A stretch of 64,000 nucleotides of DNA from Eledone cirrhosa (lineage: Eukaryota). Position 1 is the first letter of the stretch, and every line of letters begins with the position of its first letter. A program made the translations under genes and the position numbers. The stretch spans positions 7,378,001-7,442,000 of the forward strand of contig OZ024748.1 in NCBI GenBank assembly GCA_964016885.1. The letters are read 5' to 3'. The notes beneath the pieces are model-generated. The model was not told where the DNA came from and did not search any database. It saw nothing but the letters and a program-made list of their open reading frames with translations. Positions 1 to 14,648 of this stretch are shown in pieces.

Positions 1-10
1 TATATATAAA

Positions 11-88
11 GTCTGCAGTGCTGAGAGAGAGGAGATCACTAATCATAGGAGTACTCAATGTATGCGGATATGCAGAGTAGGTGTATAT
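11..88 (-). mobile_element. Family G tail-only insertion (putative Penelope-like pLTR tail)
   Basis: Homologous to 10577-10650; minus strand has ACTC...TT-GAGTAC at 51-78; abuts (TA)n. Confidence 0.55.
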
Positions 89-126
89 TGATATCTCTCT
101 CTGTCTGTCTCTCTCTCGCATTCTCC

Positions 127-230
<104 letters not shown>

Positions 231-404
231 TAATCCATGTGACAGTGTGCCTGTAACTTTCAGCAACGATCTCCCATCCCCACGACCTGTCATACTCTTG
301 GAAATTTCGATTAAATAACTTAGAGCAAACATATAAAATAATATGCAAATTTCTATCTCGAACACACACGTGTACAAACACACACACACACACATATGTA
401 TGTA

Positions 405-527
<123 letters not shown>

Positions 528-638
528 CCATATATATTTATGTATATATACACACATATCCATATATATTTATGTATATATATGTGCATTATACATTTTC
601 TTTTTAGACGCTTTACTTGTTCTTGTCAGAAGACTGTG

Positions 639-700
<62 letters not shown>

Positions 701-1030
701 AGGTGTCTTTTGTCGTTGATGTCAAAGGAAAGTTATGTATGGCAGAGTGAGGTGAGATAATATGTAAAACCAATCTAATTTGATAATCTTCGAGGAATGC
801 GAGAAGGTGTCGCTCCATCTATATATTGGAGGTTTTAATCCAACGTAATGACGAAACATGTCGAAAGTATAGTAACTCGGTTTAAAGTTGTTGACAGACA
901 ACGTGCACAGAATGTATAGCAGAGATCTAGATGAAACTGGGAGAAGAAAAAACTATAATCTTCATGTCAATGTAAATATGTGTGGTACTGTGTTAGAGTA
1001 TATGTGAGAAGTGTGGGTGTGCAATGTATG

Positions 1031-1135
<105 letters not shown>

Positions 1136-1209
1136 ACGTAAACATATACACACTCTCTCATACACACACACATATATATGCGTATATATATATATATGCA
1201 TATATATAC

Positions 1210-1276
<67 letters not shown>

Positions 1277-1442
1277 CTTATACATATATACCTGTGTACA
1301 TGTATATATATACATATTCATGCATATACATACATATGCGGATTTTAAACAAATTGTTGAATATGTAAATACAAAAGCACCGAGGCAGTACTCAATACAT
1401 GTATTGATATTATATTATATTCTAACCGTAAAACCTTTTCCT

Positions 1443-1510
<68 letters not shown>

Positions 1511-1518
<8 letters not shown>

Positions 1519-1670
1519 TAACATTTATTAAACTTTATCAAAATAACATTTATTAAACTTTAATCTGTTATTTTAATAAATATTTGCCCTACGGTTCTTA
1601 TATATTTCATATATATTTATCCTTATCGAGCCCTCTTTGGATTTTAGTCTTTAAATTTATTATTATTACT
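1511..1670 (+). mobile_element. Family H short TA-inserted element (arm plus tail)
   Basis: Matches 27155-27268 (aatctgttattttaataaatatttg...ccttatcgagccctctttggatttt); further pieces at about 1855-1930, 37541-37662 and 39125-39195. Confidence 0.6.
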
Positions 1671-1672
1671 AT

Positions 1673-1831
<159 letters not shown>

Positions 1832-1989
1832 TAACAATAAATGTGAAGACTAAATTCCAAAGAAGATTCTGTTAAGGGTGAATGCAGCGATTCTTTGCTT
1901 CAACCTTAATCTGACATTTTAATAAATATATATATGTATATAAGGAAATGTCCTCAAACAACCCCCCCCCCCCCAATTGCTTTGGCAGT

Positions 1990-2346
1990 ATCCACAAGGG
2001 AGACCAGCCGAGCTTATTGATGTTATCCAACCATCTCTCTCGGAGTCTACGCATGAGCCTCTGTCGGTTGGTTTTACCTGTAAAATCGGTCATCAGGTGA
2101 TTTTTTCTTGTGACATTCTAATCACATGTCCGTAATATCGGAGCTGTGATATCTAAATTGCTTAGGTGCTTTTCAAGAGATCCAGATGACCCGGCACTGG
2201 GGAATCAGCCAAAGAATACGTTCTCTATTTAAGACTTTTAACAGCTCAGGGGGAATTTCATCTTCAGCAGCGGCCTTGTCACATCTGAATATTTTAATTG
2301 CTTTTGTGACCGGGTTTAGGAGATCAGCAAAGTATTCTCTCCACCT
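1990..2346 (-). pseudogene. Degraded RTE-clade LINE reverse transcriptase fragments
   Basis: Minus-strand peptides [13 protein letters not shown]...KAAAEDEIPPELLK and TGK..RQR..RERWLDNI resemble RTE ORF segments; similar to 61560-62015. Confidence 0.65.
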
Positions 2347-2410
2347 ATATATATATATATATACACATATATATATATATACACACACACACACATACAC
2401 ACACACACAC

Positions 2411-2476
<66 letters not shown>

Positions 2477-2562
2477 GCGGCGAAAAAAATATAACCTGCA
2501 GCATATCATCAATTCAGATAATTTTTAATGGTGAAATTTTCAGCATCATTTCAGAAACAAAC

Positions 2563-2649
<87 letters not shown>

Positions 2650-2659
2650 TATATATATA

Positions 2660-2739
<80 letters not shown>

Positions 2740-3094
2740 GCAAACACACAAGTATATATAGATATAGATATGCATGTGTGTGTCTATGTGTGTATGTGTA
2801 GGTGTATTCTGAAACTCAAGATAAGAGACAGTTGCTGAAGCTCTTAAACAATTTTATAGATTAACATAATGTTAGTGAATATATATAAATAACATTATCT
2901 GTGAAATAATCCTTGTCGGCTATCTCGATAAGAATGGGTAAAAAAACAGAGCATCTAGGGTGACGATGCTTTTGCTGTTGTTGCTGATGATGATGATAAT
3001 GTTGTTGTTGTTGGTGGTGGTGTTGGTGGTGGTGGTGGCGGTGGTGATGGTGATGGAATTGAGGATAATGATAATAATAAAGATGATGATTTTT

Positions 3095-3470
3095 TTTAGT
3101 TTAGGCACAAGGCAAATAATTTTGTGGCTAATGGGAAAAACGATTATGTCGATTCCAGTACTTCATTGGTACTTTATCTTATCAATTTATATCGATCCGA
3201 GTACTTGATTGGTACTTTATCTTATCAATTTATATCGATCCGAGTACTTGATTGGTACTTTATCTTATCAATTTATATCGATCCGAGTACTTGATTGGTA
3301 CTTTATCTTATCAATTTATATCGATCCGAGTATTTGATTGGTACGTTATCTCATCAAACTCTGAAGTATGAAAAGCAATGTTGACCTCAGCGGGATCTGA
3401 AACCAAAGATTGTTGAGAGCCGTACCGTATACCACAAAACATTCTATGCGACATTCTCACGACTCCACCA
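3095..3470 (-). mobile_element. tRNA-derived SINE copy with an internal 43-bp tandem array
   Basis: SINE motifs aggcacaagg and gacctcagcgggatctgaa; unit gagtacttgattggtactttatcttatcaatttatatcgatcc starts at 3199, 3242, 3285 and 3328. Confidence 0.75.
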
Positions 3471-3840
3471 ATTAGAACACAATCATATGTTTCGTGTTTT
3501 GCTTTCAACAACTTCAACTATGTCGCACAATATCGAAGATATGCTTTAAATATTTCGTCATGTATACACCCCACTCCCATATATATAAAATAGGGAGCGC
3601 ACATAACAAAGACATTGGAAAACAACGGAAAGCCTCATCTCCTCCGTCAATCTCTTGAAATCACTACGATTTCGGGATTTTGGGGTTGATACAGTTCATT
3701 TCAACGTATATTGGGACATAACAAAACAAGTGAATATATAGTTGAAGTTAAACAATAGAAAAGAGTCAACACAGACATTAAGAACAATTACAGAATTGTT
3801 ATGAGGTTCACGCTTATATGAAATGGTAAAAGAATTATCT

Positions 3841-3875
3841 TCAACGTATCGGACACTAGTCCTTCATCGAGTGAG
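3841..3875 (-). ncRNA. Degenerate minimal hammerhead-like motif (family J relative)
   Basis: Minus strand TCGATGA-A-GGAC TAGT GTCC-GATA-CGTT; same stem II as 11410-11443 but with core substitutions. Confidence 0.4.
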
Positions 3876-4508
3876 AAAAACAAGAAGAAAACGAAAAGAA
3901 AGCCCATTTATATAAATAAGTAGGTAGCTACAAAACAGGAGAAGATGCTAAGTAAAAAAAAAGGACTTACCTTCAAATAAATGCGGCTTATATATATTAA
4001 ATATCAATCGTGTGATGATTTATCGTGAACTCTGGGCAGACAAGACTCCTACTAACAGTTAGTTCCCTGTAAGTAATGAGATATACAGTTTTAGTTTATA
4101 ATCTTATTTAAAACATACTACACTAATAGAAATTATAGAATATAAAATAAAAATAATTAAGATCAAAAGACAGATGAAGCAATCAAAGGGGAGACCTTTT
4201 GGTTTTTGTTTATGATGTAAGCGATCGTTTGCGTCAAATGTTTTAACATTGACCCTGGCTTCTTGACCTCACATTTCATGTGTTTTCTTTTAGAATTTAA
4301 ACTGCTTGCATTCAAGGTAACTTGACATACATATACATTCCTACACACACCACACCACATCCCCATATATATGTTTGCGTGTGTGTGTGGTTGTGTGGTT
4401 GTGTGTATGTGAGTGTGTAAATATATATATATTTACCTATATCTGTCATACCCATATTCTTAGATATCCTGACGTACATACTCATACAGACATGTGCAAA
4501 CCCATACA

Positions 4509-4579
<71 letters not shown>

Positions 4580-4843
4580 GTCCGTATTTATGTATGTATG
4601 TGTGTGTGTGTAATGAATCCTACACAGTTTCTGCCAAACAAATATATTTTGTTAGTCTTTAGTCAACCTGAAGCAAGTAGACAAATTCCTCGCGCGCTCT
4701 CCTGTTGCTACGCGGTGGAGTCGAACCTGACACCACACAGTTGCTATAATTCTTAACCATACGCTAAAACACGGCCTAATGTATATTATCGAATCCATGG
4801 ACTGAGGCTACAAGGTTTCCACAGAACCTTTTAAAAGAAATAA

Positions 4844-4960
4844 TTGTTTCTACTTTTAGCACAAGGCCAGCAATAATCCAGTGCATTACTGGTACTTTAT
4901 TTTATCGCCCTCGTAAGGATGAAAGGCAAAGTTAACCTCGGCGGGATTTGAACTCAGAAA
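4844..4960 (-). mobile_element. tRNA-derived SINE, 3' part
   Basis: Reverse complement of the 5449-5639 consensus (ggcaaagttaacctcggcgggatttgaactcag). Confidence 0.8.
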
Positions 4961-5032
4961 TATTATTCACAAGTCTAACTCTTGATACTTAGGAGTTTCT
5001 CCACAGCATTATATAGATATAGTGCTGTGAAG

Positions 5033-5131
<99 letters not shown>

Positions 5132-5213
5132 CACCACCACCCCACTCTCAAGAGCGTGAAACTAATAAACCTTTGTTCGTACTGCCTCTCTGTTTTGTTC
5201 CCGTTCAATTTTT

Positions 5214-5267
<54 letters not shown>

Positions 5268-5341
5268 CACCAAGAAAGTTCCCCTACGCGTCACACGTAC
5301 GACAAGATTGTAGGAGAACAACATTCGCATACCAGCATCCC

Positions 5342-5396
<55 letters not shown>

Positions 5397-5448
5397 TCGA
5401 TTAGTATCTGCAGCTTCGAATTACACCCATTATTATATTTATATAAAG

Positions 5449-5639
5449 GGCGGTGGATTGGCAGTATCGGTAGAGGGTCGGACGCCATGCTTTCCAGCAT
5501 AGTTACGTCCCTTTACGATCTAAGTTCAAATCCTGCCGAGGTTGACTTTGCCTTTCATCCTTACGGGGTCGATAAAATAAAGTACCAGTAATGCACTGGG
5601 TAATTGCTGGCCTTGTGCCTAAAGTAGAAACCATTATTA
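5449..5639 (+). mobile_element. tRNA-derived SINE, near full length (dominant family in the window)
   Basis: Box A-like tggcagtatcggt, box B-like agttcaaatcc, body gactttgcctttcatccttacggggtcgataaaataaagtaccag, (att)n tail. Other copies near 18510, 18725, 19730, 31145, 34245, 43250, 43795, 48625, 48778, 54290 and 59588. Confidence 0.85.
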
Positions 5640-6125
5640 TATATATATATATACCCGTTATTTATGTTATTTATAATATTTTCTGGTTTAAAATCAGCTT
5701 TTGTTAATAAATGAGTCGTGCCGGCGTCCTCTGATGAAAGATATACATTTATATTTAATAATAATAATAATAAGGAGGAGGAGGAGGAGGAGGGGGTGAC
5801 GACGACGACGAGGAAATAATGAGTGAATGGTAGAAGGAAGGCAAGAATTACAAAATAAATGTATTGTAATACATATAGTACACATGAATAATATACATAG
5901 AGAGTATATATCGAGTATATATGAGTTTTAATATATAGGTTGAATGAAAGAGTGAACTAAGCGGAAATTCAAAATGGAGGTATTTTCTTACGTAAAAGTA
6001 CAGATTATAAGTTATATTGGAAGTTGTTTTCATGGATGGAAGTTAAACACAGAACACGAAGCAAAGACATAGAACCACGTTAATAGTAAGGCTAATCATC
6101 TATATATATATATATATATATATAT

Positions 6126-6315
6126 AGGAACCAGTAAGACCCCGACAGCTGAGCTCAAGCCGTTTCGACAGCTAATTCTGTCCAGAATTAGCCGTCGAAA
6201 CGGCTTGAGCTCAGCTGTCGGGGTCTTACTGGTTCCTATTACCCACTCTACTACCTCAAGTATTGAGTACTTTGGTGCGTTATGGTCCACCTGGTTCCTT
6301 ACCACATTTCCTTCG

Positions 6316-6320
<5 letters not shown>
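6126..6320 (+). mobile_element. Family C fold-back element (inverted arms plus tail) in (TA)n
   Basis: About 55-bp near-perfect inverted arms pivoting at ~6181; tail to 6320 with ACTC-TACT..AGTA-TT-GAGTAC at 6245-6270. Confidence 0.8.
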
Positions 6321-6342
<22 letters not shown>

Positions 6343-6346
<4 letters not shown>

Positions 6347-6510
6347 AAAGTATGACCCCGAGGGCAAAGCTCAAGCCGTCCAGAAATAGCCGTCGAAACG
6401 GCTTGAGCTCTGCCGTCGGCGTCATACTTTTTCCTATTTCCCACTCTACTACTCTAAGTACTCTGGTGCGTTATGGTCCATCTGGTTCCTTGCCACAATT
6501 CCTTTGTTAT
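6343..6510 (+). mobile_element. Family C fold-back element, second subfamily
   Basis: Short left arm, right arm starting at ccagaaatagccgtcgaaac, tail with a small deletion; flanked by (TA)n. Confidence 0.75.
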
Positions 6511-6549
6511 ATATATATATATGTATATATACGTGTATGTGAGTTTATA

Positions 6550-6590
<41 letters not shown>

Positions 6591-6630
6591 GTGTATGTGA
6601 GTTTATATGTATATAGATATATATAGATAT

Positions 6631-6782
<152 letters not shown>

Positions 6783-6793
6783 GCGTGTATGTG

Positions 6794-6861
<68 letters not shown>

Positions 6862-7577
6862 TATATATATTTATATATAATCCTGGAATCACATTCCATC
6901 CCTGGTTGATATCGCTCCAATTACATGCACAGCTACAAAAGGTAGATATTCATCAGCGATTCATTGGGTAGAAGCTGTGATGTTAGGATCAAGTTTGTCC
7001 CTTGGGGAGAGAAACTCTAGAGATTTTTTTAACAACTGGCGCCTTACTCTACATATGTTTTCCACAACAGACTGACGTATTTGAACCAAGTACCCAGACT
7101 ACAGATGTACATCGATTTAAGGAGTATGTGAGTGAGGAGAGAGTATCTATATTCCTCTTGTTTGTTTGTTTTTTCTGTTTCTTTCGACGCTGCTTATTTC
7201 TAAATCAATTTACGATAAGAATATGATGCATTTTTTTTTTTACACAGATAGAACTTCTGTATACGTTTCATTGACTGAAAGATAGGATAAGTTTGTGTAC
7301 GTGTATGTGTGGGTCTGTCTGTGTATGAACGTGTATATATGAGTGTGTGTGTGTGTGTGTTTGTTGTGCATGTGTGTATATATATGAGTGTGTGTATGTC
7401 TGTGTGCCGGCAGTAATATAAGGCGGTATAGATAGCATTGATGTAACGCCAATGTGTTCCAACTGGTGAAACTTGCACCCCAACCCCTCCTTACATAGAA
7501 TTTACCGGGTCTTTTATCACAGCACTCCCTCATTGCCATAGTTGTTCTTCCATTCAGAAGCCCAGCACACACATGCA

Positions 7578-7706
<129 letters not shown>

Positions 7707-7830
7707 GTATGTAGAAGAGATATTTAATTTGTTGGAAATCCAACAAATATAGATTTTTTCCAGGGATAACTTGAACCGTTAAGGTATATTATCCTTGGTC
7801 ATGTCAAATATTTATAAAACATTTTGTATT

Positions 7831-7879
7831 TTATCTGATGATAGCGTACCAAAATGTTTGGTACCCTTGAAATATATAA
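7831..7879 (+). ncRNA. Family A hammerhead-like motif
   Basis: CTGATGA (7835-41), stem II GTACCAAA/TTTGGTAC, GAAA (7869-72) TATATA; within element ~7720-7930. Confidence 0.6.
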
Positions 7880-7925
7880 CAGAATAAATATGGTTTTATA
7901 AATATAGTTTACATTTATTTAATAT

Positions 7926-7964
<39 letters not shown>

Positions 7965-8005
7965 CGAAACATAAGTCAATTGCATGAACTCATAATCCTT
8001 TATTT

Positions 8006-8061
8006 ACTGCTATATATATTTCGATGATAGCCATTGAATGGCTATGACCTCATCAGGCAGT
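8006..8061 (-). ncRNA. Minimal type-I hammerhead ribozyme
   Basis: Minus strand ACTGC-CTGATGA-GGTC ATAGCCA ttcaa TGGCTAT CATC-GAA-ATATATAT-A^GCAGT: 5-bp stem I, intact core, palindromic helix III. Confidence 0.8.
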
Positions 8062-8125
8062 TAGTCAGTTCTTAGATATGCCAGCTCTGTGTTTATAGTG
8101 TTGATGGTATCAGAGCCTTGGGACA

Positions 8126-8170
<45 letters not shown>

Positions 8171-8636
8171 GTATATATACATATATATACACACACATAT
8201 ATATATATAGGTAGATAGATATAGATAGGTTTTAACAATTCATCCCTTCAAACCATAGACGTGTTCTTCTGCACTACAGGAAACCTCATCTATTGAAATA
8301 TATTCCAGCTGAATGATTAGCTTTACTGAACAACATAAATAACAACATGAGAAATCAGCAAGAAAGTTCTGATGATTTCTTTTGAATTCTAGTCTTGTAG
8401 AAGTCATTTTTGTATTATATATATATATATGATACACAAATTTAAAATTTGATGACCAACACAATGCGTATGGATAATGGTAAACTGCCAAGATGAAAGA
8501 ATCTTACCTTAGCATATTTAACGATCCCAAATATTTTGGGGTTTAAAAACCCGTTATCAAGGGAGTAACCCTATAATAGACTTAAAAATTGATCGGATAG
8601 ACTTAAATTTGTGTTTCCTATTAAACAATGCTATAC

Positions 8637-9085
8637 TTGTTATACTTTGGGAGGGTCATGTTGCCAATAAGAAACACACGCACCAGACGATTTCACTCCA
8701 ATTTATTATAAATTAAAAACCTTTTTTTTTTAATTTGTTAAAAAGTTTTTTCAAAAAAAAAAAAATTTATAAATTTCCGGTTGGTTGGTTGGTTCCACAA
8801 CTGGACGGTTGTTCATATATTGTCAAAGTTCTTTCGTCGCACATTCTGTGACCTCTTCAGTGACTGGGGATTCTTTTCTTTGTTTTGTGCCTCTCCTTTG
8901 TTCTGTCCTACGCCATCTTGTGTTTGTGTGTTGTCCGGTTGTGGAACCAACCAACCGAAAATTTATAAATTATTTTTTTTTAAGTTTTTTTTTTTTTTTT
9001 AAAGTCTTTTAATTTATAATAAATTGGAGTGAAAGCAACTGGTGCGTGTGTTTCTTATTGGCAACATGACCCTCCCAATGTATAT
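8637..9085 (-). mobile_element. Family D fold-back element
   Basis: Inverted arms ~8644-8805 and ~8933-9083 with a hammerhead in the spacer; second copy 19975-20200, fragment 37714-37797. Confidence 0.8.
8822..8864 (-). ncRNA. Minimal hammerhead ribozyme (family D)
   Basis: Minus strand GTCA-CTGAAGA-GGTCACAGAATGTGCGAC-GAAA-GAAC-TT^TGAC; stem I GTCA/TGAC. Confidence 0.7.
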
Positions 9086-9259
9086 ATATATATATTCTGC
9101 CTTAATGCCTCTTTAATTATTATACTATTCTCTTGTAATCGCTGTCACATCCATTCCACTCTGTAAATATGAAACTGTTGTTGACAACATTAATATCCAT
9201 GTATCTATATGATTGTTCAGTTGAATAGGAAGTTAATTATATGTCCAAACTTTACTAGC

Positions 9260-9304
9260 GCTCCGATGATTTCAAACGAAAGTTTGGAAGAAACGATTGT
9301 CAGT
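9260..9304 (+). ncRNA. Minimal hammerhead ribozyme, U4C core variant
   Basis: GCT-CCGATGA-TTTCAAAC GAAA GTTTGGAA-GAAAC GATT GTC^AGT; 8-bp stem II with GNRA loop, GUC triplet, AATAAA just downstream. Confidence 0.65.
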
Positions 9305-9475
9305 AATAAAATGTTTTGAACATAGTTTTGATTATTGTGTAATTTATATTTCTGCTCTGTAAAACATCTGATGTATTTACATTGAGCCATTTTTCTTACT
9401 GTTAATAAGGTAGTAATGAATTACTGACCTTTCCTGTTTATAGTTGTATATAGTTAATATATAACTATCAATAGT

Positions 9476-9507
<32 letters not shown>

Positions 9508-9613
9508 ATGTTTAAGATAGAAATGGCTTCTACAGGACTAGAGCATTGTATATACTCTACTATGTATTGAGTACCTTACTTACAGTGGCTAGCCCCGATT
9601 GAACCCGGGATAC
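9508..9613 (+). mobile_element. Family B element (short inverted arm plus tail)
   Basis: Tail is the reverse complement of 11685-11746; ACTC-TAC TAT GTA-TT-GAGTAC at 9554-9574. Confidence 0.65.
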
Positions 9614-10288
9614 AAACACACACACACACACATGTGTGTGAGAGAGAGGGAGAGTGTGTGTGTAATATAAATGTATGCATATTGGGTGTGTTACAAAGAA
9701 AATTATCTCACATACAAGTTGTTATCAAGTGAATATAGAACTTCTGGTTATTGTCCTTTGCTTCTTATACTACTGAAGCGTTCTTCCGCCATGACATACG
9801 AATATTAAAATAATAAAAACATCATCACAAAGACAAGTTGATCGCCTTAACTTAAAACCTATTATTCATATTCAGCAGTAAATACATACTTCTTCATTTC
9901 CGTTAGATATTTCACTAATTCTTTGCAAGAAATTTTATGCTGAAATTTTATTCAAGCTATAATTAATAGTTTCACCACAAAACTGAAACCGGAAAAACAC
10001 GGCACATTTGTGATCCAGGAAAGAATGGTAAATCATAGGACTTTCATTGATATATAATAGGAATAATTACCATGTAATAAAGCATTAATTCGGTTGGAGA
10101 GACAATGTGATGGCAAGAATTGAATTTATCACTTGAAGAATTGTGAAATAATTGAGGAATTGGTTATTGATTTTAGTTGAGTTTTATATCAATGTTGGTA
10201 GATATTTCCGTCTTTTAGTACAGGATTTCTAATTTTCTAATGGACCAATCACTTGTTCACAGTGTTTCTAACGACGAGGGGGGGGGGG

Positions 10289-10408
<120 letters not shown>

Positions 10409-10447
10409 AATATAAATATAGATATAGATATAGATATATAGATATAG

Positions 10448-10557
<110 letters not shown>

Positions 10558-10576
10558 GTGTGTGTGTGTAAACAGA

Positions 10577-10744
10577 GTCTGCGGTGCTGAGAACGAGGGG
10601 ACTACTAATCATGGGAGTACTCGATACATGAAGAAATGTAGAGTGGGTATAGAGATGTGTAAAGTCCCACCCTCGGTAAGGCTTTCTTAAAACACAAGCC
10701 GAAACCGCTTGGCACCGAGGTCGGTATTTTACACATCCGTATAC
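10577..10744 (-). mobile_element. Family G fold-back element
   Basis: Arms gatgtgtaaagtcccacctcggt / accgaggtcggtattttacacatc; GGCTT..AAGCC-GAAAC (hammerhead 3' half-like) at the pivot; tail hairpin at 10617-10644. Confidence 0.65.
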
Positions 10745-10765
10745 ATATATATATATATATATATA

Positions 10766-10907
10766 TAGTATAAAAAAACGTAAAATCAGTGGTGCATCTG
10801 GACTGATTTTTCGTTTTTTATACTATCTACACTCTACTCTCCTGAATATTGAGTGCTAATTTTGGCATATTGCCTATGGAAGCACCATAGCTACCATTAT
10901 ACACAAG

Positions 10908-10908
<1 letters not shown>
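10766..10908 (+). mobile_element. Short fold-back element with tail (family L)
   Basis: Arms tagtataaaaaaacgtaaaatcagt / actgatttttcgttttttatacta; ACTC..TT-GAGTGC at 10831-10856. Confidence 0.6.
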
Positions 10909-10941
<33 letters not shown>

Positions 10942-11220
10942 GAGGAGAAGAGAGAGAGGGAGAGAGAGTAGACATATATATATAAGAATATAAAACTGGT
11001 GACCTTATTTGAAGTTATTGAAACGAGGAAGATGTTAAGTGACTCAAGGACAACAAGATCTGGTGATCAAAAGACAAAGATATCCTGAGCTATGAGGCTC
11101 ACTAGAAAGTCTTTAGCTACCACCTGACAACCGACCAAATCCCTCATAAACATGGGTTATTATACTCTTCCATAGCAGCGCAGCTATGTTGTGTTGGGTC
11201 CTAGGACTTCCCTCTCTCTT

Positions 11221-11287
<67 letters not shown>

Positions 11288-11409
11288 ATATGCCTCTGTG
11301 TGTATGTGTGTCTCTCTGTATGTAAAAGGTGAACAGAAATAACAACATAATCGGTACAGTATATGGAAGGAATATATTAGTTTAACGCTTGAAATAGCAG
11401 GAAGAGGGA

Positions 11410-11443
11410 CTTAATGTTTCGGACGCTAGTCCTTCATCAGAAG
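11410..11443 (-). ncRNA. Minimal hammerhead ribozyme (family J, element ~11322-11570)
   Basis: Minus strand CTT-CTGATGA-A-GGAC TAGC GTCC-GAA-ACAT-T^AAG; ACAT may be a CpG-decayed ACGT palindrome. Paralog at 12699-12732 has GAAA changed to GGAA. Confidence 0.65.
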
Positions 11444-11619
11444 AAGGAATGAGAAATTAGAAAGATTGAAGGGATGGGCAGGATGGAATTGGAAAAATGT
11501 TTTTAGAGAAAAATAACAGATCCATTCATGTTGCCAACTCTTGGAAAACTATTGATGCTGGCATTTTGTGTATGATATATATATACATACATACATATAC
11601 ACATATATATATATATATA

Positions 11620-11682
<63 letters not shown>

Positions 11683-11882
11683 GTTATTCCGGGTTGAATC
11701 GGAGGTAACCACAGTAAGTAAGGTACTCAATACATTGCAGAGTATAAAAGTTTTAATATAGATGAGATTCTACAGGACTAGAACTGTTTCATTCTTTAGA
11801 AATCATCTGGAATCTCTGGAGATTCCTGATGATTTCTAAAGAATGAAACAGTTCTAGTCCTGTAGAATCTCATCTATATTAA

Positions 11883-11887
<5 letters not shown>
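11683..11887 (-). mobile_element. Family B fold-back element with hammerhead-like core in both arms
   Basis: About 68-bp arms pivoting at gaatctc-tg-gagattc (~11817); plus arm CTGATGA(11826)-TTTCTAAAGAAT-GAAACAGTTC with weak stem I; tail hairpin at 11723-11743. Confidence 0.7.
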
Positions 11888-11920
<33 letters not shown>

Positions 11921-11923
<3 letters not shown>

Positions 11924-11995
11924 TCAATCCGGAAGACATTCCTACTGGAGATTTCTCGAATATTGAGAACGGTTCTGGACTACCAGCAGTGGTGA
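11921..11995 (+). pseudogene. R4/Dong-like non-LTR retrotransposon C-terminal remnant
   Basis: Translates ESIRKTFLLEISRILRTVLDYQQW*, matching the QKTALL.TARILR.VL motif also seen at 58004. Confidence 0.5.
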
Positions 11996-12430
11996 AATGA
12001 CACTGAATGATATGAAAAACTGGAGTTAACCTAAGTTGCTAGTTATAAACGGGTATTTCTTAAAATAACCGGCCCAAAGCAGCATCAAAGTTGGTCGTGA
12101 TAAATAGTCAAATAATAGTACAGTGTAATGATAAAGAAAGAGATATAAGTGGAAAAGGTTGCCAAATATAGAAAAAATAATTATGCAAAGTCTTATAACA
12201 AATAACGTGTCAGTTGTAATTATGATAAATCTATTTAGAACTATCTAAACATATCGTGGTGTATTGGTGGCAGCATTGGTCTTATTGTTGTTGTTGAGTT
12301 TGGTGGTGGTGGTGGTGGTGGTGGTGGTGGTGGTGGTGTTGGTGGTGGTGGTGGTAGTGGTGGTGGTGGTGGTGGTAGTGGTGGTGGTTGGGAGGATAGT
12401 AATAATGTTTAAGATGAAGAAAGGTTGTGC

Positions 12431-12482
<52 letters not shown>

Positions 12483-12552
12483 AAAAGTATGACCCCGACG
12501 GCAGAGCTCAATCCGTTTCGACGGCTATTTCTGGACATATTTATATATATAC

Positions 12553-12583
<31 letters not shown>

Positions 12584-12611
12584 AACACATATATATATAT
12601 GTATATGTATG

Positions 12612-13135
<524 letters not shown>

Positions 13136-13233
13136 TTTTTCTACCTCCAGCTGCAACCGATATAGAGTATTAGCAATTAGAAAGACCAATGGAAACATTG
13201 TTTCCTCGGTCCGATTTGACGAAAGTCGATCGA

Positions 13234-13320
<87 letters not shown>

Positions 13321-14022
13321 AAACGTCCATACTTCCCGAAATTCGCCAACACTACACCTGATATTCCCCCTCCATATACACAGACGCATGTATCTGTCTG
13401 TGTGTCTGTATATATATATGACTCATACACTGTTCGCTTCCCTGACATTTGTACATTATTCAATGTATTATACATGAACCTTTGATGAGCTGTAGTGCAC
13501 CTGAACACTGTACACAATAATTTTCATTATTAACTGTGGTTCTGTTACACAGAAGGTGTTGCAATTCTTCGGTCACTGAGGCTAGTCATGTGGAGACTTT
13601 GTCTTGTTAGGATCTTTGGGGCGAGGGTGAGAGGTGAATTTAGACTGAAGGAGGGAGAAAAAGAGAATATGAGAGAGAGGGAGAGAGAGAGAGGGAGGAG
13701 AGAAAGTAGAAAGTTAGAGGAGGGGAAAAGAGAGAGAGAAGGAGGTGGGATTGCTCCAGCAAAAATAAAAGATAAAAAATATAGAAGTAAACATATATAT
13801 AAAAATAAAGGGATGTTAGGTTGTTGAAAGTGGAAAATAAACGAACAAAATGGTGAATTATTAAGGTTAGTCATCCACGAAGAAGGTGAATCCGTGTGGA
13901 AAGTTTTGATAGAATCCCTGATATTATTTCATGCCTGATAGATCATTGCTCATTTTCTGGATAGAAACCATCCTACAGCCTTTCCATGTCATCTATTATA
14001 TTGTATTTAGTAGTGTCCATAT

Positions 14023-14064
<42 letters not shown>

Positions 14065-14175
14065 CATCTAACACTATATGTTATTATATATTTGGTTCTT
14101 ACTTATACAACCACATAATTTTTGAATGGTGGTTGGCTTATATCAGCCCAATATTTAAAGATCATAACTTCAGTG

Positions 14176-14255
<80 letters not shown>

Positions 14256-14272
14256 TACACACACACATACAC

Positions 14273-14321
<49 letters not shown>

Positions 14322-14648
14322 AATGTAAGTATCTAACTATCTATCTATTTGTCTATTTATCTACCTACGTATGTATGCCTATCCATCCGTATTACTACCC
14401 ATCTACCCATCTAGCTATGAACACATCACTGTGTAGGTTCATTGTTGTGATGCTGGGAGGGTTTAGATAATTTCAAAGGATGTGATTGGTCTCAAGTTCA
14501 ATCTAGGGTAGTATGTATTTGGTGGGTAATGTTGAGGGTAGGTTTATAGATTGTGTTTGCTTGAATTAGTGGATATCATTGGTTTCTTGTAGATTTGTTA
14601 GCGTTCGAGTTAAGGCAATTAATAGTCTTATATATATACATATATATA

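Noticed and set aside
3157-3356. 43-bp array that could look CRISPR-like
   Set aside because: Units are contiguous with no spacers and lie inside a SINE; eukaryotic context.
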